Assembly (NCBI GenBank): GCA_963748625.1
Contig: CAVVJT010000004.1
Coordinates: 512,001-576,000 of the forward strand
Direction of reading: 5' to 3'
DNA from: an uncultured Chloroflexia bacterium
GTDB lineage: Bacteria; Chloroflexota; Limnocylindria; Limnocylindrales; CSP1-4
DNA length: 64,000 bases
Of this stretch, positions 17,418 through 27,573 are shown in pieces. A model generated the notes under the pieces. It was given only the letters and a program-made list of their open reading frames with translations. It ran no database searches and was not told where the DNA came from. Positions within the stretch are counted from its first letter, which is position 1; the number at the start of each line of letters is the position of its first letter. The position numbers and the translations under genes were made by a program.

Positions 17418-18320
17418 TCAGCGGAGGTCGTCGCCTGACCCTGGCACCGGCCACTCGACGCCCATCTCGGCCATGAACGCCGCGGTCTCCGGGTCGAGCA
17501 GCAGCTCGTCGAGACCGCGTGGATCGTCCATCGCGCCGACCTGCTCTTCGGACATCCTGATCACGGTCAGCCGATACCCCACGGCGCGACTGCGGATCTC
17601 GGTCAGGCGGGCCTGGCGCACGAGCGCCGCCTCGGCGATGCATGCCGCATCCACGAGGGCAGCGACGACGGCCGCGAGCACGTCGAGCGCCGGCGCATCG
17701 AGCGGCATCTCGCCGGTCTCGAGCACCAGCTCCACCGCCACCGGCGTGGACCACGCGCCCCTCTGCCCGCGGAGCTCCGCGCGGACACCAGCGATCAAGG
17801 CAGCGCGCGCTGCCACGTCTGCTTGCGTCATCGATCCGGGGCGCGAGGGCGGGATGGTCTCGAACGCGAGCTCGATCCGACGGTTCTGCCAGCTCTCATC
17901 ACCTGCGGCGTCGGCAGCATCTCCGGCGTGGCTCGTGTCGGCATGGGGATCTCGGTCCGCCGGGTCGGACTCGGCGATCGCCTGGATGCGGCTCCAGATC
18001 GACGCGGGCATGCCCTGGCGCCAGACCGTTGCGAGCGCCCGCCGGAGGCGGGGGTTGACCGCGGCCTCGGCCTCCACCGCATCGATCACGCGGGCGCCGT
18101 GCCGGGCAAGGTAGTCCTCGAGCGGGCCCGCGGCGAGGCCGGCCAGGTTGGCATCAGGCGTGCGACGGACCAGCGTGAGCAGGACCGGCCACGCGACGTC
18201 CGGCCGGCCTTCGACCAGGGCCTCGACCACATTCCACGCCCAGTGGTTCTCGCCGGCCCAGCCATCCAGCTGGGCGAGGTAGCCGTCGATCACCAGGCTG
18301 GCGAGCGTGTCGTTGGTCAC
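17418..18320 (-). CDS. DUF6869-like N-terminal domain fused to an uncharacterised C-terminal domain
   Basis: GTG 18320 overlaps the GNAT stop (GTGA). LAAGPLEDYLARHG...IDAVEAEA...RLRRALATVW motif. Confidence 0.7.
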   Translation of the reverse strand: MTNDTLASLVIDGYLAQLDGWAGENHWAWNVVEALVEGRPDVAWPVLLTLVRRTPDANLAGLAAGPLEDYLARHGARVIDAVEAEAAVNPRLRRALATVWRQGMPASIWSRIQAIAESDPADRDPHADTSHAGDAADAAGDESWQNRRIELAFETIPPSRPGSMTQADVAARAALIAGVRAELRGQRGAWSTPVAVELVLETGEMPLDAPALDVLAAVVAALVDAACIAEAALVRQARLTEIRSRAVGYRLTVIRMSEEQVGAMDDPRGLDELLLDPETAAFMAEMGVEWPVPGSGDDLR

Positions 18321-18871
18321 AGGTTCGTCGCCTCCTGGTCGGCTGGCACCACGTCGTCGAAGAGGCCTGGCGGCCGCCACCACCAGCGGCGCTCCTGGAT
18401 CGGCTTGCCGGCGATCTCCTCCACCAGCTCGTCGCCCGGTTCGAAGCCGCGGGCCACATAGAAGGGTTCGCCGAGGACGTTGCCGATCAGCACATCGGCG
18501 GCGAGGTCGCGGTCCGGATTGCGAGCCAGCACTGCTTCGAGAAGGGCGCTGCCCAGACCTCGGCCACGCGCGTCCGGCAGGGTGTAGATCGCCACGAGCT
18601 GGACATGGTCCCCGTGGTCGACCGTCTCGGCAAAGGCCGCCGCTGGCCCGTCGTCGGCGAAGGCTGCCACCAGCACGTCGTGGCGCTCGAGGCGGACGGC
18701 GATCCGCTCCGGGGCATACGCCGTGGCCAGGAACCGCTCGATCGCGTCGGCGTCGATCAGGGCCGCGTACGTCGCCCGCCACGCGGCGGCTGCGATCGCA
18801 CGGATCGCCTCCACGTCGTCCGGTGCGGCGGGCCGGACGATCACGCGTGTCGGAGCGCCTGGAGTGGTCAC
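18317..18871 (-). CDS. GNAT N-acetyltransferase
   Basis: IVRPAAPDD...AWRATYAALI...IYTLPDARGRGLGSALL...FYVARGF. Confidence 0.88.
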   Translation of the reverse strand: MTTPGAPTRVIVRPAAPDDVEAIRAIAAAAWRATYAALIDADAIERFLATAYAPERIAVRLERHDVLVAAFADDGPAAAFAETVDHGDHVQLVAIYTLPDARGRGLGSALLEAVLARNPDRDLAADVLIGNVLGEPFYVARGFEPGDELVEEIAGKPIQERRWWWRPPGLFDDVVPADQEATNL

Positions 18872-18969
18872 GCCGGGAGTCTACGAGGCATGCCCGCGAC
18901 GCGCCGCACCCGATCGCACGCAGCACCCGTGCCATACAGGTGGCACGCACCGCCCATACGATGGCCGCG

Positions 18970-21900
18970 ATGCAGACCATCGACGGCAAGCCGGTTTTCG
19001 CGGCCACGGACCTCGTGGGCTACCTCGCGTGCGAGCACCGCCTTGCGCTCGAGCGTGCCGCGCTGGCGAAGCTCGTCAAGAAGCCCGTCCGCAACGATCC
19101 GAACATCGAGATCGTGGCCAAGCGCGGCATCGAGCACGAGCACCGCTACCTCGAGTCGCTGCGCGCCGCAGGCAAGCGGATCGTCGAGATTGCGATGGAC
19201 GGGTCGAAGGTGGCGCCGCTCGAGATCGCCGGCACCGAGGGCGAGGCGCTCCCGCCGGACCCGGGTGTCGAGTTGCGCGCTGCGCAGGCTGAGACCATCG
19301 CCGCAATGGGCGCGGGCGCGGATGTTGTCTACCAGGCCACCTTCTTCAACGGGACCTGGCGCGGCCACGCGGACTTCCTGGTCAAGGTCGACCATCGCAC
19401 CGGCGAGCCGGACTCGGCGTTCGGGCCCTGGCACTACGAGGTCGCCGATACCAAGCTTGCCCGCCACGTGAAGGCGTCGGCCATCCTGCAGATCTGCTCG
19501 TACGTGGAGCAGCTGACCGCGATCCAGGGCATCCAGCCGGAGTTCCTCCACGTGGCACTGGGCGGCAGCGCCCGGACCACGGAGCGGCTGCGCGTGAACG
19601 ACTTCATGGCGTACTACCGGCGGGTCAAGGCGGACTTCGAGGCCGCGGTGGGGCTGCGCGGGCCGGGCATTCCGGTGGTCTATCCGCCGGTCGGGACGTA
19701 CCCGGAGCCCGTGGACCACTGCGACGTCTGCCGCTGGGCGCCGGACTGCCGGGCGAAGCGGCGCGCGGACGATCATCTCTCGCTCGTGGCCGGGGCCAGC
19801 CGCCGGCAGCGGGACGCGCTCGTCGCGCGCGACGTGCCGACGCGGCGCGGGCTCGCCGTTCTCCCACTCCCCATGGAGCCCGCGCTCGAGGGCGTGAGCG
19901 CAGAAGCCCTCCATCGCGTCCGCGAGCAGGCCCGCCTCCAGGTGGAGTCAGTTGGCCTCAAGGTGCCCAAGTTCGAACTGCTGCCGCTCGACCGGGACGG
20001 CGACGGCGCCCTCGTCCCGGAACGCGGCCTCCTCGGGCTGCCGGAGCCGAGCCCGGGTGACCTGTACCTCGACTTGGAGGGCGATCCATACGCGCTCGAT
20101 GACGGCGTCGACTACCTGTTCGGCATCCTGGAGCCCGCCGTGGCCGAGGACGACGAACGGTGGATGGACGCCTCGACCGAGGGGATGGACCTGCCGCATG
20201 TGCCCAAATTCCACGCGTTCTGGAGCCTGGACGCGGACGGCAAGGTCACGCCGGGCGGCGAGCGCGCGGCCTTCGAGCAGGCGATCGACCTGATCATGGC
20301 CCGCCGGGAGGTGGATCCGAACCTGCACGTCTACCACTACGCGCCCTACGAGCCCACGGCGCTGGGGCGCATCGCCCAGCGGTACGGCACCCGCGAGGAG
20401 GAGGTGGACCGCCTGCTGCGCGCGGACGTGCTGGTGGACCTGTACCGCGTGGTGCGCCAGGGCATCCGGGTTGGCGTGGAGAGCTACTCGATCAAGAAGC
20501 TCGAGCCGCTGTACGGCCTCGTCCGCGAGATCGACCTCAAGGACGCGGGCTCGTCCATCGTGGAGTTCGAGCGCTGGCTGGAACTCGGCGGCCAGGAGGC
20601 CGTGACGGACGGGCCGAGGATCCTCGCCCAGATCGCCGACTACAACCGTGATGACGTCGTCTCCACGCTCCGCCTCAGGGACTGGCTGGAGCTGCGTCGC
20701 GCGGAGCTCGCCGCGCAGGAGGGGCTCACGCTCCCCCGCCCCGTCCCGGACCCCGAGCACGGCTCCGAGGAGTCGCTCGCCGAGCGGACGGCCGTCCAGG
20801 AGCTGGTGGTCCGCCTGACCGAGGGCACCTCGGACGACCCGGCCGTCCGCTCCGAGCACCCCGACGAGGCCGCGCGCTGGCTGCTCGCGCAGCTGCTCGA
20901 ATGGCACCGCCGCGAGGACAAGGCGAGCTGGTGGCGCTTCTTCGACCTCATGGAGATGAACGAGGAGCAGCTGCTCGAGGCGCGCGAACCGCTCACGGGC
21001 CTCGTCTTCACCGGTGAGGCCGAGATCAAGCCGGGCGGCAACGGGACGTGGACGTTCAGGTACCCGGAGCAGGAGCACGGACTTGACGCCGGCACCGAGG
21101 GCTGGGACCCGCTGACCCGCAAGGACACGCGCCTCGCCGCTGGCAAGGTCAGCGAGATCGACGAGGCCGCGCGGACCCTCAAGCTGTACCGGACGAAGAG
21201 CCAGGCCCTGCTCCCGCTGCCGGCGTCGCTCGTGCCCAACGGGATCATCCCCACGGGTGGTCTCGCGAAGAGCCTCCAGCGGACCGGTGCGTGGGTCGCG
21301 GACCATGGCGCTGGCGCGGCGGACCCCGCGCTCGCGGCGGCACGCGCGCTGCTCCTGCGGCGACCCCCGGCGTCGGGTTTTGGCCCGGGCACCAGCCTGC
21401 GGCGCGACGGCGAGGCGACGATCGACGCGGCGGTGCGGCTCGCGCTCGAGCTCGATGGGGACGTGCTCGCCATCCAGGGCCCGCCCGGGTCCGGCAAGAC
21501 GTTCACGGGCGCGCACATGATCGTGGCCCTTGCGCGGGCAGGGAAGAAGGTCGGCGTGACCGCCAACAGTCACAAGGTCATCGGCAATCTGCTCGACAAC
21601 GTCGCGGCGGTGGACGCGAAGACACGGGACGCGGGCACAGCGCCGGTGCGCATCGGCCAGAAGCCCAAGGACGGCCAGCGGCCGGCAAGCGAGGCCGCCG
21701 CCGCCGTTGCAACGACGCCTGATGTCGCCGCCCGCCTGGCCGGCGATGAGCTCGATGTCGTGGGGGCCGTGGCCTGGACCTGGTGCGCCGAGTCCATGGC
21801 CGGCCCGGAACCGGTGCTCGATGTCCTCGTCGTGGACGAGGCGGGCCAGATGAGCCTTGCGAATGTGCTCGCCTGCGCGCCCGCCGCCCGCTCGATCGTG

Positions 21901-22710
21901 CTTCTCGGCGATCCACAACAGTTGGACCAGCCCACGCGGGGGACGCATCCGCCGGGCGCCGGCCGGAGCGCCCTCGGGCACCTGCTCGCCGACCCGGCGG
22001 GCCTCGGGCCGGACCGGGCGACCATCGCACCGCACGAGGGCCTGTTCCTGGACCGGACGTGGCGGCTCCACCCGGAGATCTGCGACTACACGTCCGCGGC
22101 CTTCTACGAGGGGCGGCTGGACACCGTCGATGGCCTTGAGAACCAGCTCGTCACGGGCGGCGCCGCGCTGTCTGGGACGGGCATCCGGCTCGTCACCGTG
22201 GACCACGAGGGGAACGACACCTCGTCCAAGGAGGAGGCGGCGCGCATCGTGGAGCTCGTCCGCGAGGTGCTCGGGACGGATGCCGCCTGGCGCGATATGG
22301 AGGGCGGCAGCCGGCTCTTGCGAGCCCAGGACGTGATCATCGTGGCGCCGTACAACAACCACGTCGCCGAGATCGAGCGCGCGCTGGCTGCGGCAGGGCT
22401 CGCCGGCGTGGCGGTAGGGACGGTCGACAAGTTCCAGGGCCAGGAGCGGCCGGTCAGCATCTACGCGATGGGGACCTCGTCGCCGGAGCTCGCGCCGCGC
22501 GGCCTCGAGTTCCTCTACTCGGGCAACCGCCTCAACGTCGCCACGTCACGGGCGAGGGCGGTTGCAGCCGTCGTGTGCTCGCCGTCGCTGCTCCGCGTCG
22601 CCTGCCACACGCCGCGCCAGATGCGCCTCGCCAACGGCCTGTGCCTGGCGGTCGAGGCGGCAGAGCGGACTCCGGGACGGATCCCGGAGGGGATATCGTC
22701 GGGGGCGTGA
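18970..22710 (+). CDS. TM0106-family RecB-like nuclease / RNase H-like / SF1 helicase fusion
   Basis: ATDLVGYLACEH, GHADFL...YEVADTKLA (PD-(D/E)xK), YLDLEGDP, YSIKKLE, YNRDDV, QGPPGSGKT, DEAGQ, GDPQQL, TVDKFQGQE, RLNVATSRA. Start taken at ATG 18970, 7 nt after TACGAT. Confidence 0.92.
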   Translation: MQTIDGKPVFAATDLVGYLACEHRLALERAALAKLVKKPVRNDPNIEIVAKRGIEHEHRYLESLRAAGKRIVEIAMDGSKVAPLEIAGTEGEALPPDPGVELRAAQAETIAAMGAGADVVYQATFFNGTWRGHADFLVKVDHRTGEPDSAFGPWHYEVADTKLARHVKASAILQICSYVEQLTAIQGIQPEFLHVALGGSARTTERLRVNDFMAYYRRVKADFEAAVGLRGPGIPVVYPPVGTYPEPVDHCDVCRWAPDCRAKRRADDHLSLVAGASRRQRDALVARDVPTRRGLAVLPLPMEPALEGVSAEALHRVREQARLQVESVGLKVPKFELLPLDRDGDGALVPERGLLGLPEPSPGDLYLDLEGDPYALDDGVDYLFGILEPAVAEDDERWMDASTEGMDLPHVPKFHAFWSLDADGKVTPGGERAAFEQAIDLIMARREVDPNLHVYHYAPYEPTALGRIAQRYGTREEEVDRLLRADVLVDLYRVVRQGIRVGVESYSIKKLEPLYGLVREIDLKDAGSSIVEFERWLELGGQEAVTDGPRILAQIADYNRDDVVSTLRLRDWLELRRAELAAQEGLTLPRPVPDPEHGSEESLAERTAVQELVVRLTEGTSDDPAVRSEHPDEAARWLLAQLLEWHRREDKASWWRFFDLMEMNEEQLLEAREPLTGLVFTGEAEIKPGGNGTWTFRYPEQEHGLDAGTEGWDPLTRKDTRLAAGKVSEIDEAARTLKLYRTKSQALLPLPASLVPNGIIPTGGLAKSLQRTGAWVADHGAGAADPALAAARALLLRRPPASGFGPGTSLRRDGEATIDAAVRLALELDGDVLAIQGPPGSGKTFTGAHMIVALARAGKKVGVTANSHKVIGNLLDNVAAVDAKTRDAGTAPVRIGQKPKDGQRPASEAAAAVATTPDVAARLAGDELDVVGAVAWTWCAESMAGPEPVLDVLVVDEAGQMSLANVLACAPAARSIVLLGDPQQLDQPTRGTHPPGAGRSALGHLLADPAGLGPDRATIAPHEGLFLDRTWRLHPEICDYTSAAFYEGRLDTVDGLENQLVTGGAALSGTGIRLVTVDHEGNDTSSKEEAARIVELVREVLGTDAAWRDMEGGSRLLRAQDVIIVAPYNNHVAEIERALAAAGLAGVAVGTVDKFQGQERPVSIYAMGTSSPELAPRGLEFLYSGNRLNVATSRARAVAAVVCSPSLLRVACHTPRQMRLANGLCLAVEAAERTPGRIPEGISSGA

Positions 22711-24077
22711 CCCATCCCGCCGCACTGCGGCCACTGGACCTGAGCCCCGCCGACCTCGCCTCCGGGCGGAAACGCGCCCGCGCGACCCTCGTGACCGGCG
22801 TCGCCCTCGGGAGCACTGGCCACATCGCCGCGGTCACGGTCGCCACGCTCGTCGCGGAGGACCTTCTCGGGTCCACGACGTTCGCGGGCGCCCCGGGCGC
22901 GACCGTGGTCCTGGGTGCGGCCCTTGGCGCGGTACTGCTGTCGGCCCTGATGTCCCAGCGCGGCCGACGGATGGGCCTGACCCTGGGTTACGCGGTTGGC
23001 GTCGGCGGGGCGCTCCTGGCGACGCTCGCCGTCTTCGGCCGCTCGTTCCCGCTCCTGCTGCTGGGGACGCTGTTCATCGGCTTCGGCAACTCCTCGAACC
23101 AGCTCTCACGCTACGCGTCGTCGGACATGTCGCCCGCGGCCAAGCGGGCGTCCGCCATCGGCCTCGTGGTCTGGGCGTCCACCGTGGGCTCGGTCATCGG
23201 CCCGTGGCTGGTGCCGATCGCGGGCGCCATGGCGATGCAGGCGGGCCTGCCGATGCTTGCCGGACCCTATCTCGTCCCCGTGCTGTTCGTGGGGACGGCG
23301 GCCGTCGCCACGTTCGTGTTCCTGCGCCCCGACCCGTACGAGCTCGCCGACGAGGATTCGGTCACCCCCGAGGACCTTGTCGTCTCGAAGGATCCCGTCC
23401 GCGAGATCCTCCGCCGGCCCGGCGTGGGGGCCGCGATCGTCGCCCTGATCGCGGGCCAGTTCGTGATGACGCTGATCATGACGATGACCCCGCTCCACAT
23501 GACCCAGCACGGCCACGACCTGGGTGCCGTGGGCCTCGTCCTCTCCGGCCACACCCTGGGGATGTTCGCCCTGTCCCCCATCTCCGGCCGGCTCACCGAG
23601 CGGTTCGGCTCGGTGAGGACGATCCTGGCCGGGTCGGTCGTATTGGGCGTGTCGGCGGTGATGGCGGCGATGGCCCCGCCCGACGGTGGCGTGATGCTGT
23701 TCGTCGCCCTGTTCCTCCTGGGCTACGGCTGGAACCTCGGCTTCGTGGCGGGCTCCACCATGCTCTCCGAGCGCCTGGAGATCCACGAGCGCACGCGCAT
23801 CCAGGGCCTCGCCGATGCCCTGATCTGGTCGGCCGCCGCGGCCGCGAGCCTCGGATCCGGGATCGTCATGGCGGTCGCGGGCTACACGGCCCTCGCGATC
23901 CTGGGCATGGGCGCGGTCGTCGTGATGGCCGCGGTGATGAGGAACTACCGGCGCGAGGCCACGCGCGACCTCCAGCACGGCCATGGGGATGCCGGCGAAC
24001 GCCTGGATCTCGAGGGCTCGGACGGCGTGATGCCGCACATCCACCCGGAGCCCGAGCCGCCCCCGGACATCGTCTGA
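22707..24077 (+). CDS. MFS transporter
   Basis: About 12 TM helices, motif-A-like SQRGRR and GRLTERFG. GTG overlaps the upstream TGA. Confidence 0.88.
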   Translation: MTHPAALRPLDLSPADLASGRKRARATLVTGVALGSTGHIAAVTVATLVAEDLLGSTTFAGAPGATVVLGAALGAVLLSALMSQRGRRMGLTLGYAVGVGGALLATLAVFGRSFPLLLLGTLFIGFGNSSNQLSRYASSDMSPAAKRASAIGLVVWASTVGSVIGPWLVPIAGAMAMQAGLPMLAGPYLVPVLFVGTAAVATFVFLRPDPYELADEDSVTPEDLVVSKDPVREILRRPGVGAAIVALIAGQFVMTLIMTMTPLHMTQHGHDLGAVGLVLSGHTLGMFALSPISGRLTERFGSVRTILAGSVVLGVSAVMAAMAPPDGGVMLFVALFLLGYGWNLGFVAGSTMLSERLEIHERTRIQGLADALIWSAAAAASLGSGIVMAVAGYTALAILGMGAVVVMAAVMRNYRREATRDLQHGHGDAGERLDLEGSDGVMPHIHPEPEPPPDIV

Positions 24078-24090
24078 GCGGAACCCCCGA

Positions 24091-25374
24091 TCAGGCGCCC
24101 AGCTCGTCCGCCACCCAGGCCGCGAGCACCCGCGCACAGGTCTCGACCTCGGCGAGCGGCACGCGCTCGTCCGATGCATGTGCCAGGCGCACGTCGCCCG
24201 GGCCGTAGATCACGCACGGCGTGGCGCCGGGCCCGATGAACAGGCGCATGTCGGCCCCGTACGGCACCCCCAGGACGGCGGGTGCGCGTCCCGTGACCGC
24301 AGTCGCCATCCTGCCCAGGCGCACCGGCAGCGGGTGGTTGGCGGCAACGCGGGACGAGGCGAACTCGGCCCCGTAGACCTCCACCGTCGCCGGGTGGTCC
24401 CGCAGGAACGGGTCCGCCGCGCAGGCAGCCTCGATGCAGGCCCGCAGCTCGGCGGCAGCTTCGGCGGGATCCTGGCCCAGCCGGACGCCGTACCGTCCGT
24501 CCGCAACGACCTTGTCCATCACGGTGGACGCCCACTCCCCGCCCGCCACCTTGCCCACGATCGTGGGGTACGGCAGCCCGATGGCGGTCATGAGCGGGTC
24601 CTTCTCCGCGGCATTGCGGAGGGCCTCGTCGGCCTCGAGCGCGCGGACGAGCGTGTGGAGGTTGTCGAGTGCGGACACGCCCTCGGTCCTGCGGCTCGCG
24701 TGCGCGGCCCTGCCGGGGACCGTGAGCCGGAAGGTGATGGCACCCGCGTGGGCCACGACCATGTCGAGATTGGACGGCTCGGTGATCACGCACATGTCAC
24801 CGACCGCGCCCGCCCGTATAGCCGCAAGCGACCCCTGGCCGCCGTCCTCCTCGGACGGCACGAGCGCCACGACAAGCTCGCCGCGGAGACGCGTGAGCGC
24901 GCCACACGCACCCAACGCCCGTACCGCGCCCAGGATCGAGGCCACACCGCCCTTCATGTCGCAGGCCCCGCGACCGTACATTGCGCCGTCACGGATCTCA
25001 GCGCCCCACGGGTCCGCCGTCCAGGTATCCGGGTCGCCGATCGGGACCACGTCGATGTGGCCCGACAGCACGATCCGCGCCATTCCACGGACGCCCGCGC
25101 GGCCGATGACCACCGGCAGGGCGGACCGCTCCACTTCCTCGCCCGGCCAGTCGGGGTCGTCGCGGACGGCGGCGGGATCGGGATGGAAGATCTCCACCTC
25201 AAGGCCGAGGGCCTCGAGGTGGTCGGCGAGCTTGACGGCGATCGCGCCCTCGTTGCCCGTGATGCTCGGGATGCGGATGAGCGCGGCGAGGTCCTCGGCG
25301 AGAGCGACAGGGTCGACGGCATCGGCGGCGATCGCCGCGCCCACCGGGAGCTTGGGCCTGCGGACCGGGCTCAT
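24091..25374 (-). CDS. M20 family ArgE/DapE-like deacylase
   Basis: LSGHIDVVP, YGRGACDMKGG, SEEDGG, TEPS, GADM, AHASDE. Confidence 0.9.
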   Translation of the reverse strand: MSPVRRPKLPVGAAIAADAVDPVALAEDLAALIRIPSITGNEGAIAVKLADHLEALGLEVEIFHPDPAAVRDDPDWPGEEVERSALPVVIGRAGVRGMARIVLSGHIDVVPIGDPDTWTADPWGAEIRDGAMYGRGACDMKGGVASILGAVRALGACGALTRLRGELVVALVPSEEDGGQGSLAAIRAGAVGDMCVITEPSNLDMVVAHAGAITFRLTVPGRAAHASRRTEGVSALDNLHTLVRALEADEALRNAAEKDPLMTAIGLPYPTIVGKVAGGEWASTVMDKVVADGRYGVRLGQDPAEAAAELRACIEAACAADPFLRDHPATVEVYGAEFASSRVAANHPLPVRLGRMATAVTGRAPAVLGVPYGADMRLFIGPGATPCVIYGPGDVRLAHASDERVPLAEVETCARVLAAWVADELGA

Positions 25375-26243
25375 GCGCGCAGCACCGGGCGCGTCAGGCA
25401 GGTGACCCCGCCCGAACCGTTCTCGCCCACCTCGCGCAGCGGGATCGCGTGGACCTCAACTCCCGCCGCCTCCATGCCCCGCCGTGTCGCGGGGTTGCCC
25501 TCGGCGACGATGACGACGCCGGGCCGGACCGCGAGGACGTTGCAGCCAAGCGTGGGGTACTCCTCCTCGGGGACATCCACGAGGCGCAAGCCGAGGTCGG
25601 TGACGAGCTCGAACAGCCCCGCAGGCAGCAGCGGGCGGAACACGACGGCCACGTCGTCCGCAACCGGCGAGATCACCGAGAGCAGGTGCACCAGCTCCGC
25701 AGGGCCCTTCCAGTACGGGACATCGAAGATGCGGGCGTCGCCGCCGGCGATCCGGGCCAGCTGCCGGGCACCGTCGTCGTTGGTGCGCAGTGTCCGCCCG
25801 ATGCACAGCAAGTCCGGGCGCAGCCAGAACGTGTCGCCACCCTCGACCGTGCCGCGGCCTTCGATCCGGCCCAGCGTCGGGATGCCGTGCGCCTGGGTCC
25901 ATGCCTCCAGCACGTCGGGCTCCCCGCGGCGGTTCGGCTTGCCGGGCGCGAGGGGGATGGCGCCGCCGTCCGCGATCACCATCGGGTCGAAGACGTAGAC
26001 GAGGTCCGGATCGGCCGTCTCCGCGTCCAGGACGTGGACCGTCGTGCCCAGCCGCTCCAGCGTCTCCACGAGGCCCGCATGCTCGCGGCGGGCACCCTCG
26101 AGGTCCACTGGCCGCAGGAAGCCCACCTCCGGGCGCTCGAAGGCGGCCCCGAACGCCGGACCGGGCGCCTTGACGAGGACCTCGCGCAGCGGGGCCGTCA
26201 TGGACTGGGCGCCCCAGGCGCGGGTGCTCGTCGTCTCGGTCAT
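25371..26243 (-). CDS. Pentein (DDAH/amidinotransferase/arginine deiminase superfamily) protein
   Basis: DLVYVFDP, RRGE, EGGD, RTN, HLL, C-terminal GSGGVTCLTRP with the catalytic Cys. Confidence 0.88.
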   Translation of the reverse strand: MTETTSTRAWGAQSMTAPLREVLVKAPGPAFGAAFERPEVGFLRPVDLEGARREHAGLVETLERLGTTVHVLDAETADPDLVYVFDPMVIADGGAIPLAPGKPNRRGEPDVLEAWTQAHGIPTLGRIEGRGTVEGGDTFWLRPDLLCIGRTLRTNDDGARQLARIAGGDARIFDVPYWKGPAELVHLLSVISPVADDVAVVFRPLLPAGLFELVTDLGLRLVDVPEEEYPTLGCNVLAVRPGVVIVAEGNPATRRGMEAAGVEVHAIPLREVGENGSGGVTCLTRPVLRA

Positions 26244-26330
26244 GGCGCGAGGATACGGCGCCGGTCGACAGATCGCCGGGCATGGCGCACGATCTGGGGC
26301 AGCCCGCCCCGCTCCGCAGGAGGCCCCGTG

Positions 26331-27569
26331 ATGCCCCGACCCTCCATCACCACGCAGCCGTCACCGCGCAGGCTCGCCGGCCTCGTGACCGCGGCGATCA
26401 TGCTGGCCGGACTCCTGCCCGCCACCGCGTCGGCCGCGATCGCCCCCATGCCCATCACGGATGGCTCGACCGCCGCCGCGCCCACGAACATGACGGTGAT
26501 CCTGTCCAAGGTCACCGACGCGAACTCACCGGTCCTCGCGATCGGCGCCGGCGACGGGTCAGGCCGCCTGTTCATCGTGGAAAAGGGTGGTCGGATCCGC
26601 ATCCACAAGAACGGCAACCTCCTGGCCACGCCGTTCCTGGACATCTCGGGCTCCGTGTCGCGGGGCGGCGAGCAGGGCCTGCTCGGCCTCGCCTTCCACC
26701 CTTCCTTCGCCACCAACCGCAAGTTCTACGTGAACTTCACGAACGCCGGCGGCGATACCGTGATCCGCGAGTACAAGGCCTCGTCCAGCAACCCTGACCG
26801 CGTCGCGTCCGGCTCCGGGCGCACCATCCTCAAGATCGATCAGCCGTACGCGAACCACAACGGCGGCATGCTCGCCTTCGGGCGCGACGGCTACCTCTAC
26901 ATCGGCACGGGCGACGGCGGCAGTGCGGGTGACCCGGGCAACCGGGCCCAGAACGTGAAGCGCCTGCTGGGCAAGATGCTCCGGATCGACGTCAACGGCA
27001 CCACTGCCACCAAGGCCTACCGGATCCCCCGCTCGAACCCGTACGTGGGCCGGACCGGCCGCGACGAGATCTGGCAGCGGGGGCTGCGCAACCCGTGGCG
27101 GTTCTCATTCGACCGGGCGAACGGCAACCTGTGGATCGGCGACGTCGGCCAGGGCACCTGGGAGGAGGTGGACCGCGCGGTCCGCACCTCGAGCGGCCCG
27201 GGCAAGGGCGTGAACTGGGGCTGGCGCGTCATGGAGGGCCGTCACTGCTACAACCCGTCGAGTGGGTGCACCACCAGCGGCAAGAAGAAGCCGCTCACGG
27301 AGTACAAGCACGCGAGCGGGCGGTGCTCCATCAGCGGCGGCTATGTCTACCGCGGGTCTGCGATCCCCGCACTCCGCGGCTACTACCTCTACGCCGACTA
27401 CTGCACGGGCGAGGTGTGGGCGGTGGCCTCCGGGGCATCGGCGCCGGCCGCCGGCATCCGTCTCCTCGACACGGAGCACATGATCAGCGGCTTCGGGCAG
27501 GACGACAGAGGCGAGCTCTACGTGTGCGACATCTCCAGCGGCGCCGTCTACAAGGTCGTGGCGCGGTAG
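26331..27569 (+). CDS. Secreted PQQ-dependent glucose/sorbosone dehydrogenase family protein
   Basis: Signal peptide, EQGLLGLAFHP, QPYANHNGG, GDGG, GLRNPWR, GDVGQ, GWRVMEG. Confidence 0.9.
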   Translation: MPRPSITTQPSPRRLAGLVTAAIMLAGLLPATASAAIAPMPITDGSTAAAPTNMTVILSKVTDANSPVLAIGAGDGSGRLFIVEKGGRIRIHKNGNLLATPFLDISGSVSRGGEQGLLGLAFHPSFATNRKFYVNFTNAGGDTVIREYKASSSNPDRVASGSGRTILKIDQPYANHNGGMLAFGRDGYLYIGTGDGGSAGDPGNRAQNVKRLLGKMLRIDVNGTTATKAYRIPRSNPYVGRTGRDEIWQRGLRNPWRFSFDRANGNLWIGDVGQGTWEEVDRAVRTSSGPGKGVNWGWRVMEGRHCYNPSSGCTTSGKKKPLTEYKHASGRCSISGGYVYRGSAIPALRGYYLYADYCTGEVWAVASGASAPAAGIRLLDTEHMISGFGQDDRGELYVCDISSGAVYKVVAR

Positions 27570-27573
27570 AGCG

